This document shows, one piece after another, positions 40,168 to 49,598 of a DNA stretch of 64,000 nt (within the stretch, counting starts at the first letter, position 1; every line of letters starts with the position of its first letter). Location: NCBI GenBank assembly GCA_050248855.1, contig JBFWRP010000008.1, forward strand, positions 1-64,000, written 5' to 3'. The notes beneath the pieces are model-generated. The model saw only the letters and a list, made by a program, of their open reading frames with translations. It was not told the DNA's origin and searched no databases. The DNA comes from Planctomycetota bacterium (GTDB lineage: Bacteria > Planctomycetota > PLA2 > JAEUHO01). Position numbers and translations under genes: made by a program.

Positions 40168-43100
40168 TCAGGGGGCCAGCAGCTTGCGATGCAGCGGCAG
40201 CCCCGTCGCGAACGCCTCGCGGGCCTCCGGAGCCAAACGCTCCGCTTCGGCGCGCAGCAGGGCGCGCGCTTCGTTGCGGTAGCGCTCGTCGCCGGACGCC
40301 TCCGTCAAGAGGTCCAGCACCTCGATGCGCGCATCATGACGCAGACGGGAGCCCGCTCGCTCGTACGCGGCCAGGGCCGCCGCGAAGCCCGCAGGCTGGA
40401 GGGCAGCCCGCCGTGCGCAGACGAGTGCGTCCTGGGAGACATCGACCCCGGGCGGACAGGCGGCCTCTGCTTCGTCCAGGCGCGCCAGGGCCTCCGTGGG
40501 TCGCCCGGCATCCACTTCGAGACCCGCCAGCAGCTGCAACGTGTCCCCGCGGCCGCGACCGTCGCCCAACGCCACGCGACGCTCGAGCGCTTGGCCGTAC
40601 GCCGTGCGCGCCGCGTCGAGGTCCCCTTGCGCGTGGGCCAGCTGGCCGAGGGCGTTCCACGCGTAGGCCTCCTCGCGCGCGAGCCCACCGTCCGCGAAGG
40701 CTTCGCGCACGCGGGACAGGAGGGCCCCGGCCTCCTCCAAGCGCCCCAGGCGCGTCATGCAGATGCCACGATTGAGATTGGTCACGATCTCGCTCACGCG
40801 GAAGCCGGATGCGCGCGCCAGCTTCCCGGCCTGGTCGTACACGCCAAGCGCTTCGTCGGCCCGACCGGCGTCGAACAGCACGTTGGCCAGGTTCCCCAGC
40901 GTGATGGCCCGGTTGCGGTGATCGCCTGCCTGCTCCAGCAGCTCGAGCGCTCGTCGCGCGAGGCGCTCGGCCTCGTCGTGGTGCCCGGCCTCCTGCAGCA
41001 GCACGGACAGGTCCGCGGCACCACGGGCTTCGATGCGCGGGCGTTTCGTGCGCCGACCCAGCTCGTACACGGTTTCCTGCCAGTGGCGCGCCACCTCCAC
41101 GTCGCCCCGGTGCCACGCGGCCTGGCCCAGGCCGCCCAGGATCACGCTCCTGCCCTGCTCCTGGCCCTCGTCGGGCAGGGCGTCGAGCGCCGCGGACAGC
41201 ACGCGCGTCGCCTCGTCGTAGCGCGCCAGCTCGATCAGCGCATAGCCCTCTTCCGTGAGGGGGCCCACGGCATCGAGGCCGGCGGCCCTGGCTTCCTCGG
41301 CCGCGCGGCGGGCCGCCTCCAGGGCCTCGGGAAGGCGCGCCCCGACGCGGCGTGCCAGCGACAGCCGGCAGCCCAGGCGCACCCGCAGCGCGGGAGCCCG
41401 CGCGGCCAGCTCCAGGGCACGCTCGATCCAGTCGCCGGTCGTCGAGACGGGCCCGACCGCTTCCAGGTGGTCGAGCGCGGCCTCCAGGCACGGCAACGCG
41501 CGCTCGGGCTCGGGGCCGCGCAGATGGTGGCTGGCGTAGCGAGCGGCGCGGGCTCCGACCAAGGTCGATCCATCGCCCGTGCCTTCGGGGAGCAACGCCT
41601 GGGCGAGCGCACGGTGGATCTCCGCGCGCAGGGCGGCCGGCAGGCCTGCGTAGACGACCTCCTGGATCAACGGATGCTCGAAGCGCCACGCCCCGCCGTC
41701 GGCCCGCACCAGACGCCGTCGGCGCTCCAAGCGGTCGAGCAGCTCCAGCAAGCGCAGTCGAGACACGCCCCGTACGCGGACCAGGGGCTCCACGTCGAAC
41801 ACGGGGCCTTCCACGGCGGCGACGGCCAGCACCTCGGCCTCCTCGTCGGGGAGGCCCTCCAAGCGCCGCGCCACGTGCGCGGCGAGCGCTGCCGGTACAT
41901 CCACGGCGTCGGTGGAGCTGGCCGCCTGGCGGTCGCGCGCCAGCTCCAGCAGGTACAGCGGCAGCCCTTCGGCACGCCGCGCCAAGCGCTCCACCTCCTC
42001 GTCCGGTGGGGCCTCGTCGCCGAGGACGTCGCGCACGAGCGCCTCCGCGTCGGCGTGGGCAAGCGGCCCCAGCTCGAGCGTGCGGTCGGGTGCCGCGAGC
42101 GCTCCATCGGGGAGCTCGTCCAGGGGTCGATCCGTGAGGCGCAGCACGAGCACCTGTTCACCGCGCACCCCGGCCGCGAGCGCGTCCAGGTGCCGGCGCG
42201 CTTCACGCGGAGCCTCCTGCACGTCGTCCAGGACCAAGACCACCGGCGTGCTCTGCGCCAGCGAGGCGAAGAGACGTACGGCAAGCCCCGTCACCGAGAC
42301 ACCGCCTGCCTCCGGCCCGGCCTCGCCGCGGAGCCACGAGCGGAGCGCACGTAGGGCGTGCTCCGGGGCATCGAGCCGCGCCGCCAGGCGCGCGTCGCCT
42401 TCCGCGCCGGCGTAGGCCGCCAGCAACGCCGAGCGCAAGCCCCCGCCCCAGCCCCCCGCCGGGTAGGCGCCGTAGAACGTCGCCACGTCGTCGGGCAACG
42501 TGGCCAGCCACTCGGCAACCAGACGTGTCTTGCCTTGGCCGGGAGGACCGAGCACGTCGAGCACGCGGGCGCGTCCACGGGCCACGACGTCGGCGAACAC
42601 CTCGTCGAGCACGGCGAGCTCCGCGTCGCGCCCACGCCACGGGGACGCACGGGCGATCGGCAGGCGGGCGCGCGGAGGCCGGCGCTCGAGCGCCTCGCGC
42701 GTGCGCCACCACGCGCTCGACTCACCGGCCCGCAGGATGTCGTGAAGCTCGGCCGCCGAAGCGAAGCGGGCTTGCGCGTCGCGGGCCAGCAGGCAGGTGA
42801 GGATCGCACCGAAGAACGGGCTGACGCGCGCCAGGGCGGGGTCCGGTGCGCTTGACGAGGGTCCGAGCCACGCCGCCAGGCTCGACGGCCCCGCGTCGCC
42901 CTCCGCGCGCAGCAGGTCGCGCAGCGCGGCGCCCAGCGCGTAGAGGTCCGAGCGCGGCGTGGCCTCCTCGCCCGCCAGCTGCTCCGGAGCGGCGTAGGCG
43001 AGCGAGCCCACGAACTGGCCCTCGGTGGTCAGCGCGATCGTCTCGGCCGCCAGCGGGCGCGCCACGCCGAGATCCATGATCCTGAGCTCGTGGCTTTCCG

Positions 43101-43752
43101 TCACGAGCAGGTTCTCGGGCTTGATGTCGCGGTGCACGATGCCGGCGGCATGGATCGCGGCCAGCCCGTCGGCGGCCTGCGCAGCGACCTCGCGAAGCAA
43201 CGCTTCGGAGAGCGGGCCTTGCTCGCGCTTGAGCGCGGCCAGATCGCGCCCACGCACGTACTCGAGCACGACGTAGTCCACGGGGCGGCCGTCGACGACT
43301 GCGCGCCCGGCGCCCAGCGTGCGCACGACGCGCGGATGCTTGACGCGCGTCCCCAGGGCCGCCTCGCGCGCAAACCGCTCGCGCGCACCGGGGCGCGCGG
43401 CGACGTGCGGGTGGATCACCTTGAGCGCTACGCGCTCGCCGCGGGCGATGTCCCGGGCGGCGAACACGGTGCCCATCCCGCCGGCACCGAGCTCCGCCTC
43501 GAGGCGATACGGCCCGACGGTGACGCCGGGGACCAGGTGCGCCGCCGTCTGCCGCACGCCAGGAGGCGCCGGCGCAAGCTCGCCCGTGGCGACACCGGGG
43601 TCGTCGAGCAGGCGCGCGACGTCGGCCGCAAGCGCGGCGTCCTCCTGGGCCAGCACGTCCAGGCGTGCGGCTCGCGCCGCGGGCGCCAGGGCCTCGACCT
43701 CTTCCAGGAGCACGCGCAGCCGGCGATGGCGATCCGCGTCGGCGGCCGTCAC
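40168..43752 (-). CDS. Hanks-type Ser/Thr kinase fused to a STAND-like P-loop ATPase and TPR repeats
   Basis: LGAGGMG-V, VALK, HRDIKPEN, DLG, YAAPE and DLYALG; GPPGQGKTRL, VLVLDD; TPR-like C-terminal half. Confidence 0.88.
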   Translation of the reverse strand: MTAADADRHRRLRVLLEEVEALAPAARAARLDVLAQEDAALAADVARLLDDPGVATGELAPAPPGVRQTAAHLVPGVTVGPYRLEAELGAGGMGTVFAARDIARGERVALKVIHPHVAARPGARERFAREAALGTRVKHPRVVRTLGAGRAVVDGRPVDYVVLEYVRGRDLAALKREQGPLSEALLREVAAQAADGLAAIHAAGIVHRDIKPENLLVTESHELRIMDLGVARPLAAETIALTTEGQFVGSLAYAAPEQLAGEEATPRSDLYALGAALRDLLRAEGDAGPSSLAAWLGPSSSAPDPALARVSPFFGAILTCLLARDAQARFASAAELHDILRAGESSAWWRTREALERRPPRARLPIARASPWRGRDAELAVLDEVFADVVARGRARVLDVLGPPGQGKTRLVAEWLATLPDDVATFYGAYPAGGWGGGLRSALLAAYAGAEGDARLAARLDAPEHALRALRSWLRGEAGPEAGGVSVTGLAVRLFASLAQSTPVVLVLDDVQEAPREARRHLDALAAGVRGEQVLVLRLTDRPLDELPDGALAAPDRTLELGPLAHADAEALVRDVLGDEAPPDEEVERLARRAEGLPLYLLELARDRQAASSTDAVDVPAALAAHVARRLEGLPDEEAEVLAVAAVEGPVFDVEPLVRVRGVSRLRLLELLDRLERRRRLVRADGGAWRFEHPLIQEVVYAGLPAALRAEIHRALAQALLPEGTGDGSTLVGARAARYASHHLRGPEPERALPCLEAALDHLEAVGPVSTTGDWIERALELAARAPALRVRLGCRLSLARRVGARLPEALEAARRAAEEARAAGLDAVGPLTEEGYALIELARYDEATRVLSAALDALPDEGQEQGRSVILGGLGQAAWHRGDVEVARHWQETVYELGRRTKRPRIEARGAADLSVLLQEAGHHDEAERLARRALELLEQAGDHRNRAITLGNLANVLFDAGRADEALGVYDQAGKLARASGFRVSEIVTNLNRGICMTRLGRLEEAGALLSRVREAFADGGLAREEAYAWNALGQLAHAQGDLDAARTAYGQALERRVALGDGRGRGDTLQLLAGLEVDAGRPTEALARLDEAEAACPPGVDVSQDALVCARRAALQPAGFAAALAAYERAGSRLRHDARIEVLDLLTEASGDERYRNEARALLRAEAERLAPEAREAFATGLPLHRKLLAP

Positions 43753-44336
43753 GGCGCCGCGCTCCCCTCGCCGCCGAGGACGCGCGCGAGGTGGTCCTTG
43801 GCCATGCGCCAGTCCAGCTCGACGGTGCGCGGCGCGACGCCCAGCAGGGGCGCGATCTCCGTCGGCGACAGGCCGGCGAAGAGGCGCAGCTCGGCCACGC
43901 GGGCCTGGCGGGCGTCGAGCGCCGCCAATCGCTCCAGGGCGTCGTCCAGGTCCAGGACGTCGACGCCGCGCTCCGCAGCCGGGGTGCCCCCGAGGACCAC
44001 GGTGAAGCGCTCGCGCGCCCGCCCGCCGCCACGCTTGGCGGCGCCCTGTTCGCGCGCGTGGCTGACCAGGACCTGGCGCATGGCGCGGGCGGCGAGGTTG
44101 AGGAAGTGACTGCGGTCTTCGACCTCGGCTTCCGAGCCCGGTCGGGCCAGCTTGATCCAGGCCTCGTGGACCAGCGCGGTGGGGGAGAGCGTGAGCTCGC
44201 CGGCGCCCCGTCCGGCCACCCGCACGGCCAGCCGCCTGAGCTCGCCGTAGAGACGCGCAAACAGCTCGCCGCTCGTGGCGGGGCCCTCGGCGGGTCCGTC
44301 CGCCGGCGGAGGAGGCGGCGCGGGGGGCGGCGTCAT
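43749..44336 (-). CDS. ECF sigma factor (kinase-associated, TIGR02999-like)
   Basis: LYGELRRLA, TLSPTALVHEAWIKL, AARAMRQVLV-HAR---A-KRGG, VAELR-FAGL and TVELDW--AK. Confidence 0.9.
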   Translation of the reverse strand: MTPPPAPPPPPADGPAEGPATSGELFARLYGELRRLAVRVAGRGAGELTLSPTALVHEAWIKLARPGSEAEVEDRSHFLNLAARAMRQVLVSHAREQGAAKRGGGRARERFTVVLGGTPAAERGVDVLDLDDALERLAALDARQARVAELRLFAGLSPTEIAPLLGVAPRTVELDWRMAKDHLARVLGGEGSAAP

Positions 44337-44404
44337 GGACGCGAATCGTACTGCCCGCGGAGTCGGACATGCGGTCGGCAGGCACCGTTTGCGTCTCCCC
44401 CTCC

Positions 44405-45379
44405 ATGCCCCCGGCCCCTTCCCTCCCCGATTCCCGCTGGCACGCGCTCTTGCTGCTCCTTGCGCTGGTGCTTGCGGGATGCGGCGCCGCCGCCGAGGAG
44501 AGGCCGGCACTCCGGCCCGGCACGGCCGGGGCCGGGGGCGACCTTCTTCCGGACCGCCTGTCGGCCACCGGGCTCTTCGCGCCCGGCGAGCCGGAGCGCC
44601 TGGCCGACGACGTGCAGCCCTACACGCCGCGCTTCCCGCTCTGGACCGACGGCGCGGAGAAGCGCCGCTTCCTGGCGCTGCCCGCCGGCACGTCGATCGA
44701 CACGAGCGACCCCGACCGCTGGGTGTTCCCGGTGGGCACGCGGCTTTGGAAGGAGTTCGCGATCGCGGGCCGCCCGGTGGAGACGCGCTACCTGCTGCGT
44801 CGCCCGGACGGCGACTGGTCCTTCGCGACCTACCGCTGGGACGCGGACGGGCGCGACGCGACCCGGGCTCCCGAGGCCGGCGTGCCGCACGCCGCCGAGA
44901 GCGCGCCGGGCGTGCCCTACGACATCCCCTCGCAGTCCGACTGCCGGGCCTGTCACGACAGCGGCCTCGGTCCGGTCCTTGGCTACAGCCGCGTGCAGCT
45001 CGAACCCGGGGCCGCCGCGTCGGACACCGAGGCCCGTGCGCTCGGCTACCTGCACGGCAACTGCGCGCACTGCCACAACCCGCGCAGCCCGCTGGCATCG
45101 CTCGACCTCGACTTCGAGGCCCGCGAGCCCGGCAGTGCCCGTGACGCCGAGCGCGTGCGCGCCACCCTCGTCGGCGTGCTGACACGCGGCACCGCGGGCA
45201 CCCGCCTCGTGCCCGGCCACCCCGATGCCAGCGTGCTGGTGCGCCGCGTGCGCTCCACCTCGCCGCTCGATCGCATGCCTCCGCGCGGTACGCGTCTCGT
45301 GGACGCGGACGGCGCCGAGCTGCTCGCCACCTGGGTACGTGCCTTGGAGGCGCCTGCCCCTTCGACCACCTCCCGCTGA
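44405..45379 (+). CDS. Di-heme c-type cytochrome lipoprotein (SO2930-like)
   Basis: Lipobox LAGC, LSATGLF, PLWTDGAEK-R, FP-GT--WKEF, CRACH and CAHCH. Confidence 0.8.
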   Translation: MPPAPSLPDSRWHALLLLLALVLAGCGAAAEERPALRPGTAGAGGDLLPDRLSATGLFAPGEPERLADDVQPYTPRFPLWTDGAEKRRFLALPAGTSIDTSDPDRWVFPVGTRLWKEFAIAGRPVETRYLLRRPDGDWSFATYRWDADGRDATRAPEAGVPHAAESAPGVPYDIPSQSDCRACHDSGLGPVLGYSRVQLEPGAAASDTEARALGYLHGNCAHCHNPRSPLASLDLDFEAREPGSARDAERVRATLVGVLTRGTAGTRLVPGHPDASVLVRRVRSTSPLDRMPPRGTRLVDADGAELLATWVRALEAPAPSTTSR

Positions 45380-45391
45380 ACGGAGCTTCCC

Positions 45392-45976
45392 ATGTCCACC
45401 CTGCACCGTGTCCTCGTCGCCAGTCTCTTCGTCCTCGTCCCCGTGGCGCTCGCCGTCGCCGTCCCGCTGTGGAGCACCCGCGGGGAGGGCGGCGCCTCGA
45501 CGGCGCACGCCGAGCCCGACCGCGTGGAGCGCGGGCGCTACCTCGTCTCGATCTCGGCCTGCACCGATTGCCACACGCCGCACGTCAACGGCGTTCCCGA
45601 TCCGGACCGTCACCTGGCGGGGCACCCGGCCGAGCAGGTGATCACGAAGGCGCCGCCCATGGGCGAGTTCCCCTGGATCGTGAGCGTCAAGGACTCGATG
45701 ACCGCTTGGTCGGGCCCGTGGGGCGTGAGCTTCACGCGCAACCTGACGCCGGACAAGGAGACGGGCCTCGGCACGTGGACCGAAGAGAACTTCGTGACGA
45801 CGCTGCGTGAGATGCGGCATATGGGTCTCGGCCGTCCCCTGCTTCCGCCCATGCCGGCGATCTACGGCCAGAACATGACCGACGAGGACCTGAAGGCGAT
45901 CTACGCCTACCTGCGGAGGATCCCCGCCGTCAGCAACCGCGTGCCGGATCCCCTGCCGCCCGCGGCGGCGAACTGA
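45392..45976 (+). CDS. Membrane-anchored c-type cytochrome
   Basis: N-terminal TM helix, ERGRYL, CTDCHTP, GPWG-S---NLTPD-ETGLG-W, PPMP and DL-AIYAYL. Confidence 0.85.
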   Translation: MSTLHRVLVASLFVLVPVALAVAVPLWSTRGEGGASTAHAEPDRVERGRYLVSISACTDCHTPHVNGVPDPDRHLAGHPAEQVITKAPPMGEFPWIVSVKDSMTAWSGPWGVSFTRNLTPDKETGLGTWTEENFVTTLREMRHMGLGRPLLPPMPAIYGQNMTDEDLKAIYAYLRRIPAVSNRVPDPLPPAAAN

Positions 45977-45979
45977 CGG

Positions 45980-46040
45980 GTACGGAGTCGCGGGTACGGC
46001 TCGTGGCGGCCCGAAGGTGGAATCCCACCCGACTCCGTAC
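45980..46040. repeat. Truncated family A element
   Basis: Intact right arm; left arm reduced to GTACGGAGTCG. Confidence 0.8.
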
Positions 46041-46063
46041 GGCTTCTTCCTACCCTCGCACCC

Positions 46064-47071
46064 ATGCTCGGCCTCCGTACGGCAGTCCTTCTTCTTGCCA
46101 TGCTCTTCGTCCGTCCCGCGGTCGGCGACGACGAGACGCCCGCACTCGTCGGTGAAGTCGCCGCTCGCGTCGGCGCGTCGCTCGTCGCCATCGACGTCGC
46201 GAGCGCCACGACCCGCGTGCTCGTGGCGTCCACGACGTACGATCGTCCGCTGGTCTGGCGTCCCGACGGCGCCGAGCTCTTGTTCTGGGATCACGACGCC
46301 GGCGCCTGGGAGATCCACGCGGTGCCGGCCACCGGCGGGGACGTGACGGTGCTCGCCCCCGTCGCGTGGGGCGGCTCGCGCTCGGCCGTATGGTCGCCCG
46401 ACGGCTCCCGGCTGGCGCTCTGGCGTACGGATCCGGAGGGCCTTGTCGTGCGCGGGAGCCGCGGACGCGGCCAGACCGTGCACGTCGCCGCCGACGTCCA
46501 TCGCGACACGCCGGCGGCATGGCGGCCAGACGGCAAGGCCTTGGCCTTCGAGGCGGCGATCCCGCGCGAGGACCGCCTCGAGTTCGTGTTGCGCATCGCC
46601 GTCGAGGCGGCGGACGGCACGTGGTCGGTGCGCGATGTGGGCGGCGGTCGTCCGTTCGCCTGGATCGAGGAGGGGCGCACGCTGCTCGTCAGCGGTGCGC
46701 GCACGGAGGGCACCCTCGCTTTCGGGCGCGTGGACGTGGAACGCGGCAGCCTGCAGTGGGTCACGCCCGCCGGCCACGAGGACCGCAGGCCCGTGTGGTG
46801 TGCCTCCAGACAGCGCGTCGTGGTCCTTCGCCATGCGCGCGGCAGCGGCGTGCGCGAGGTCGTTTCGTGCTCTGCGCTGGGCGCCGACGCCCGCGTCCAC
46901 GCTTCGGCGAACGGGCCGGAGGGGGATCTCGTCGTGGATCCCCGGGGCCGCTGGATCGCCTGGCGCGAAGGCCCCGACGAAGCGCCGCGGCTGGCCGTCG
47001 TCCCGTGGGACGGCGGCGCCGTCGTGCGGCACGACGTCGCGATCGGTCGCGAGCTTGCCGCGCGGCCCTAG
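46064..47071 (+). CDS. Exported TolB-like beta-propeller protein
   Basis: Signal peptide; repeats W-PDG (WRPDG, WSPDG, WRPDG). Confidence 0.7.
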   Translation: MLGLRTAVLLLAMLFVRPAVGDDETPALVGEVAARVGASLVAIDVASATTRVLVASTTYDRPLVWRPDGAELLFWDHDAGAWEIHAVPATGGDVTVLAPVAWGGSRSAVWSPDGSRLALWRTDPEGLVVRGSRGRGQTVHVAADVHRDTPAAWRPDGKALAFEAAIPREDRLEFVLRIAVEAADGTWSVRDVGGGRPFAWIEEGRTLLVSGARTEGTLAFGRVDVERGSLQWVTPAGHEDRRPVWCASRQRVVVLRHARGSGVREVVSCSALGADARVHASANGPEGDLVVDPRGRWIAWREGPDEAPRLAVVPWDGGAVVRHDVAIGRELAARP

Positions 47072-47085
47072 AGCCACGGCGGCGG

Positions 47086-47183
47086 GTACGGAGTCGGGTG
47101 AGATTCCACCCTCGGGCTGCCCGACGTCTCCGCATGGGGAAGCTCGCAGCGGCCCGAGGGTGGAATCACACCCGACTCCGTAC
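47086..47183. repeat. 98-bp palindromic element, family A
   Basis: Family A arms with GTAC at both ends. Confidence 0.92.
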
Positions 47184-47200
47184 GCCCGCCTCCGTGGACG

Positions 47201-49495
47201 CTACCGCTTCTGACGCCTCCGGCGTTCCTCGCGGGTGATGGGTCGCATGGAGGCCGGACGGTAGGAGAGCGGCCACCACGTGCCGGCCTCGCGGTAGCGA
47301 GCGCTGCCCTCGAGCGCGAGGTGGGGGTTGAGGAGATGGGCGCGGGCGATGGCGCAGAGGTCGGCGCGCCCCGCCGCCACGATCGTGTTCACGTGGTCCA
47401 CGCCCTGGATGCCACCGACGGCCATCGTGGGCATGCCCGTGTCGAAGCGGATGCGCTCCGCGAACGGCACCTGGTACATGCGCCCGGCGATGACGCGGCT
47501 GCGCGCGTCGTTGCCGGCGCTCGACACGTCGATCAGGTCCACGTCGATGGCCTGCAGCTCGCGGGCAAACGCCACCGTGTCCTCGATCGTCTGGCCGCCC
47601 TCGTCGTCCATCCAGTCCGACGCGCTGACGCGGACCGAGAGGGGCTTCTCCGCCGGCCACGCCGCCCGGGCCGCGCGCGCCACCTCGAGCGGGAACCGCA
47701 TGCGACCCTCGCGGTCCCCGCCGTACCCGTCGTCCCGCGTGTTCACCAGCGGCGACAGGAAGCTCGAAAGCAGGTAGCCGTGGGCCATGTGCAGCTCGAG
47801 CAGGTCGAAGCCCAGGCGCTTCGCCCGCTCGATGGACGCCACGAACGCCGCGACCAGGTCGTCCATCTCGGCGCGTCCGAGAGCTCGGGGCGGGGGCCCG
47901 GCCTTCCAGAACGGCTGGTCCGTGGGGCCCACCGTGGCCCACGCGCTGGCGTCGGTCAGGGGCCGGTCGCCGGCCCAGGGAAGGCTGCAGGAGGCCTTGC
48001 GGCCCGCGTGGCCCAGCTGGATGCCGATCGGCACCTCGCTATGCCCGCGGATGAAATCGAGCACGCGCGCCCAGCCGCTCTCGGTGGCCGCATCGCAAAG
48101 CGCCGTGCAACCGTGCGTGATCCGCCCCTCCAGCGTGACGCCCGTGGCTTCGGCGATCACGAGGCCCGCGCCGCCGAGGGCAAAGGACCCCAGGTGCACG
48201 AAGTGGTGGTCGCCGGGCACGCCCCCTCGAGCCTGGTACTGGCACATCGGGGACACGACGATCCGGTTGCGCAACGCCAGCTCGCGCAGCCGGTAGGGCG
48301 TGTACGCCGGAGGTGGCGCGTCGTACGTGGGCTGCACGACGACGCCCGCTTGCTCGGCGAAGCGGTCGCGCACGTCCTCCACCAGGTCGGGATCGCGCCG
48401 CTCCAGGTTGTCGTACGTGATGCGCTTGCTGCGCGTCATCAGGTTGAACGTGAACTGCCAGGGCGGCTGCACGAGGTAGCGCTCGCTGTTCTCGAACCAC
48501 TCGAGGCTCGTCTGCGCAGCGTGCTGCAGGCGGTCCGCATCGTCGCGACGGATCTCGTCGTAGGCCGCCAGCGCGCCGCGCCAGTCGGCGAGGCCGTGCT
48601 GGCGGAACGCGTCCACCAGGGCCATCGCGTCCTCCATGGCCAGCTTGGTGCCCGAGCCGATGGAGAAGTGGGCGGTATGCGCCGCGTCACCCAGGAGCAC
48701 GACGTTGTCGTGCGCGTACGTGCCGTTCTTCACGGTGGGGAACGTGCGCCAGATGCTCTTGTTGGCCAGCAGCGGGTGCCCGTCGAGGTGCTTGGCGAAC
48801 ACGCGCTCGCAGTACGCGACGGTCTCGGCCTCGTCGGCCTGGTCCAAGCCCGCGCGACGCCAGGTCTCCTCGGTGCACTCGACGATCCATGTCCCCAGGG
48901 TCTCGGGCTCGCGCTGGAACGGGTACGCATGCACCTGGAACAGTCCATGCTCCGTCTCCTCGAAGACGAACGTGAATGCCTCCAGCGGCTTCGTCGTGCC
49001 GAGCCAGCTGAACTTGCACCTGCGCCAGTCCAGCGAAGGCCGGAACGAGCCCGCCCACGTCTCGCGGACGAGGCTGCGCACCCCGTCGGTCCCCAGCAGG
49101 ACGTCGGCCCCGGCCCGCAGCGCCTCCGGGTCGCCGATGTCGCTCTCGAAGTGGATCGTGACGCCGAGCTCACGCGCCCGCTCCTGCAGGATCAGCAGCA
49201 GGGTCCGGCGCGAGAGGCCCGAGAAACCGTGGCCCGTGGACCGGATGCAGGTGCCGCCCACGAAGGTCTCGATGTCGGTCCAGTGGACGAAGGCGCGCCG
49301 GATGGCCGCGTAGGCCGGGGCGTCGGCCCCGGCGAACCCGTCCAGCGTCTCGTCGGAGAACACCACGCCCCAGCCGAACGTGTCGTCGGGCCGGTTGCGC
49401 TCGTGGAGCTCGATCTCGACCTCGGGAAACGCCTGACGCATCAGGATGCTGAACCAGAGCGAGGCCGGCCCCGCCCCGATGCCGACGATGCGCAT
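47201..49495 (-). CDS. Bifunctional salicylyl-CoA 5-hydroxylase / anthraniloyl-CoA monooxygenase-type flavoprotein (FAD monooxygenase plus OYE-like reductase)
   Basis: GAGPA, DTFGWGVVFSD, GDAAHTAHFSIGSGTKLAMED, then NRIVVSPMCQY, QLGHAGRK and HMAHGYLLSSFLSP. Confidence 0.9.
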   Translation of the reverse strand: MRIVGIGAGPASLWFSILMRQAFPEVEIELHERNRPDDTFGWGVVFSDETLDGFAGADAPAYAAIRRAFVHWTDIETFVGGTCIRSTGHGFSGLSRRTLLLILQERARELGVTIHFESDIGDPEALRAGADVLLGTDGVRSLVRETWAGSFRPSLDWRRCKFSWLGTTKPLEAFTFVFEETEHGLFQVHAYPFQREPETLGTWIVECTEETWRRAGLDQADEAETVAYCERVFAKHLDGHPLLANKSIWRTFPTVKNGTYAHDNVVLLGDAAHTAHFSIGSGTKLAMEDAMALVDAFRQHGLADWRGALAAYDEIRRDDADRLQHAAQTSLEWFENSERYLVQPPWQFTFNLMTRSKRITYDNLERRDPDLVEDVRDRFAEQAGVVVQPTYDAPPPAYTPYRLRELALRNRIVVSPMCQYQARGGVPGDHHFVHLGSFALGGAGLVIAEATGVTLEGRITHGCTALCDAATESGWARVLDFIRGHSEVPIGIQLGHAGRKASCSLPWAGDRPLTDASAWATVGPTDQPFWKAGPPPRALGRAEMDDLVAAFVASIERAKRLGFDLLELHMAHGYLLSSFLSPLVNTRDDGYGGDREGRMRFPLEVARAARAAWPAEKPLSVRVSASDWMDDEGGQTIEDTVAFARELQAIDVDLIDVSSAGNDARSRVIAGRMYQVPFAERIRFDTGMPTMAVGGIQGVDHVNTIVAAGRADLCAIARAHLLNPHLALEGSARYREAGTWWPLSYRPASMRPITREERRRRQKR

Positions 49496-49598
49496 GGGCG
49501 CCCTCCCGCGGTCGGGGCGGCGCGAGCAGCGGCGCCGCGCCTCCCCCCCGCGCGCGATGGATCGTACCCTCTCCGTCCCGGACCCCGAGGTGAGGACC

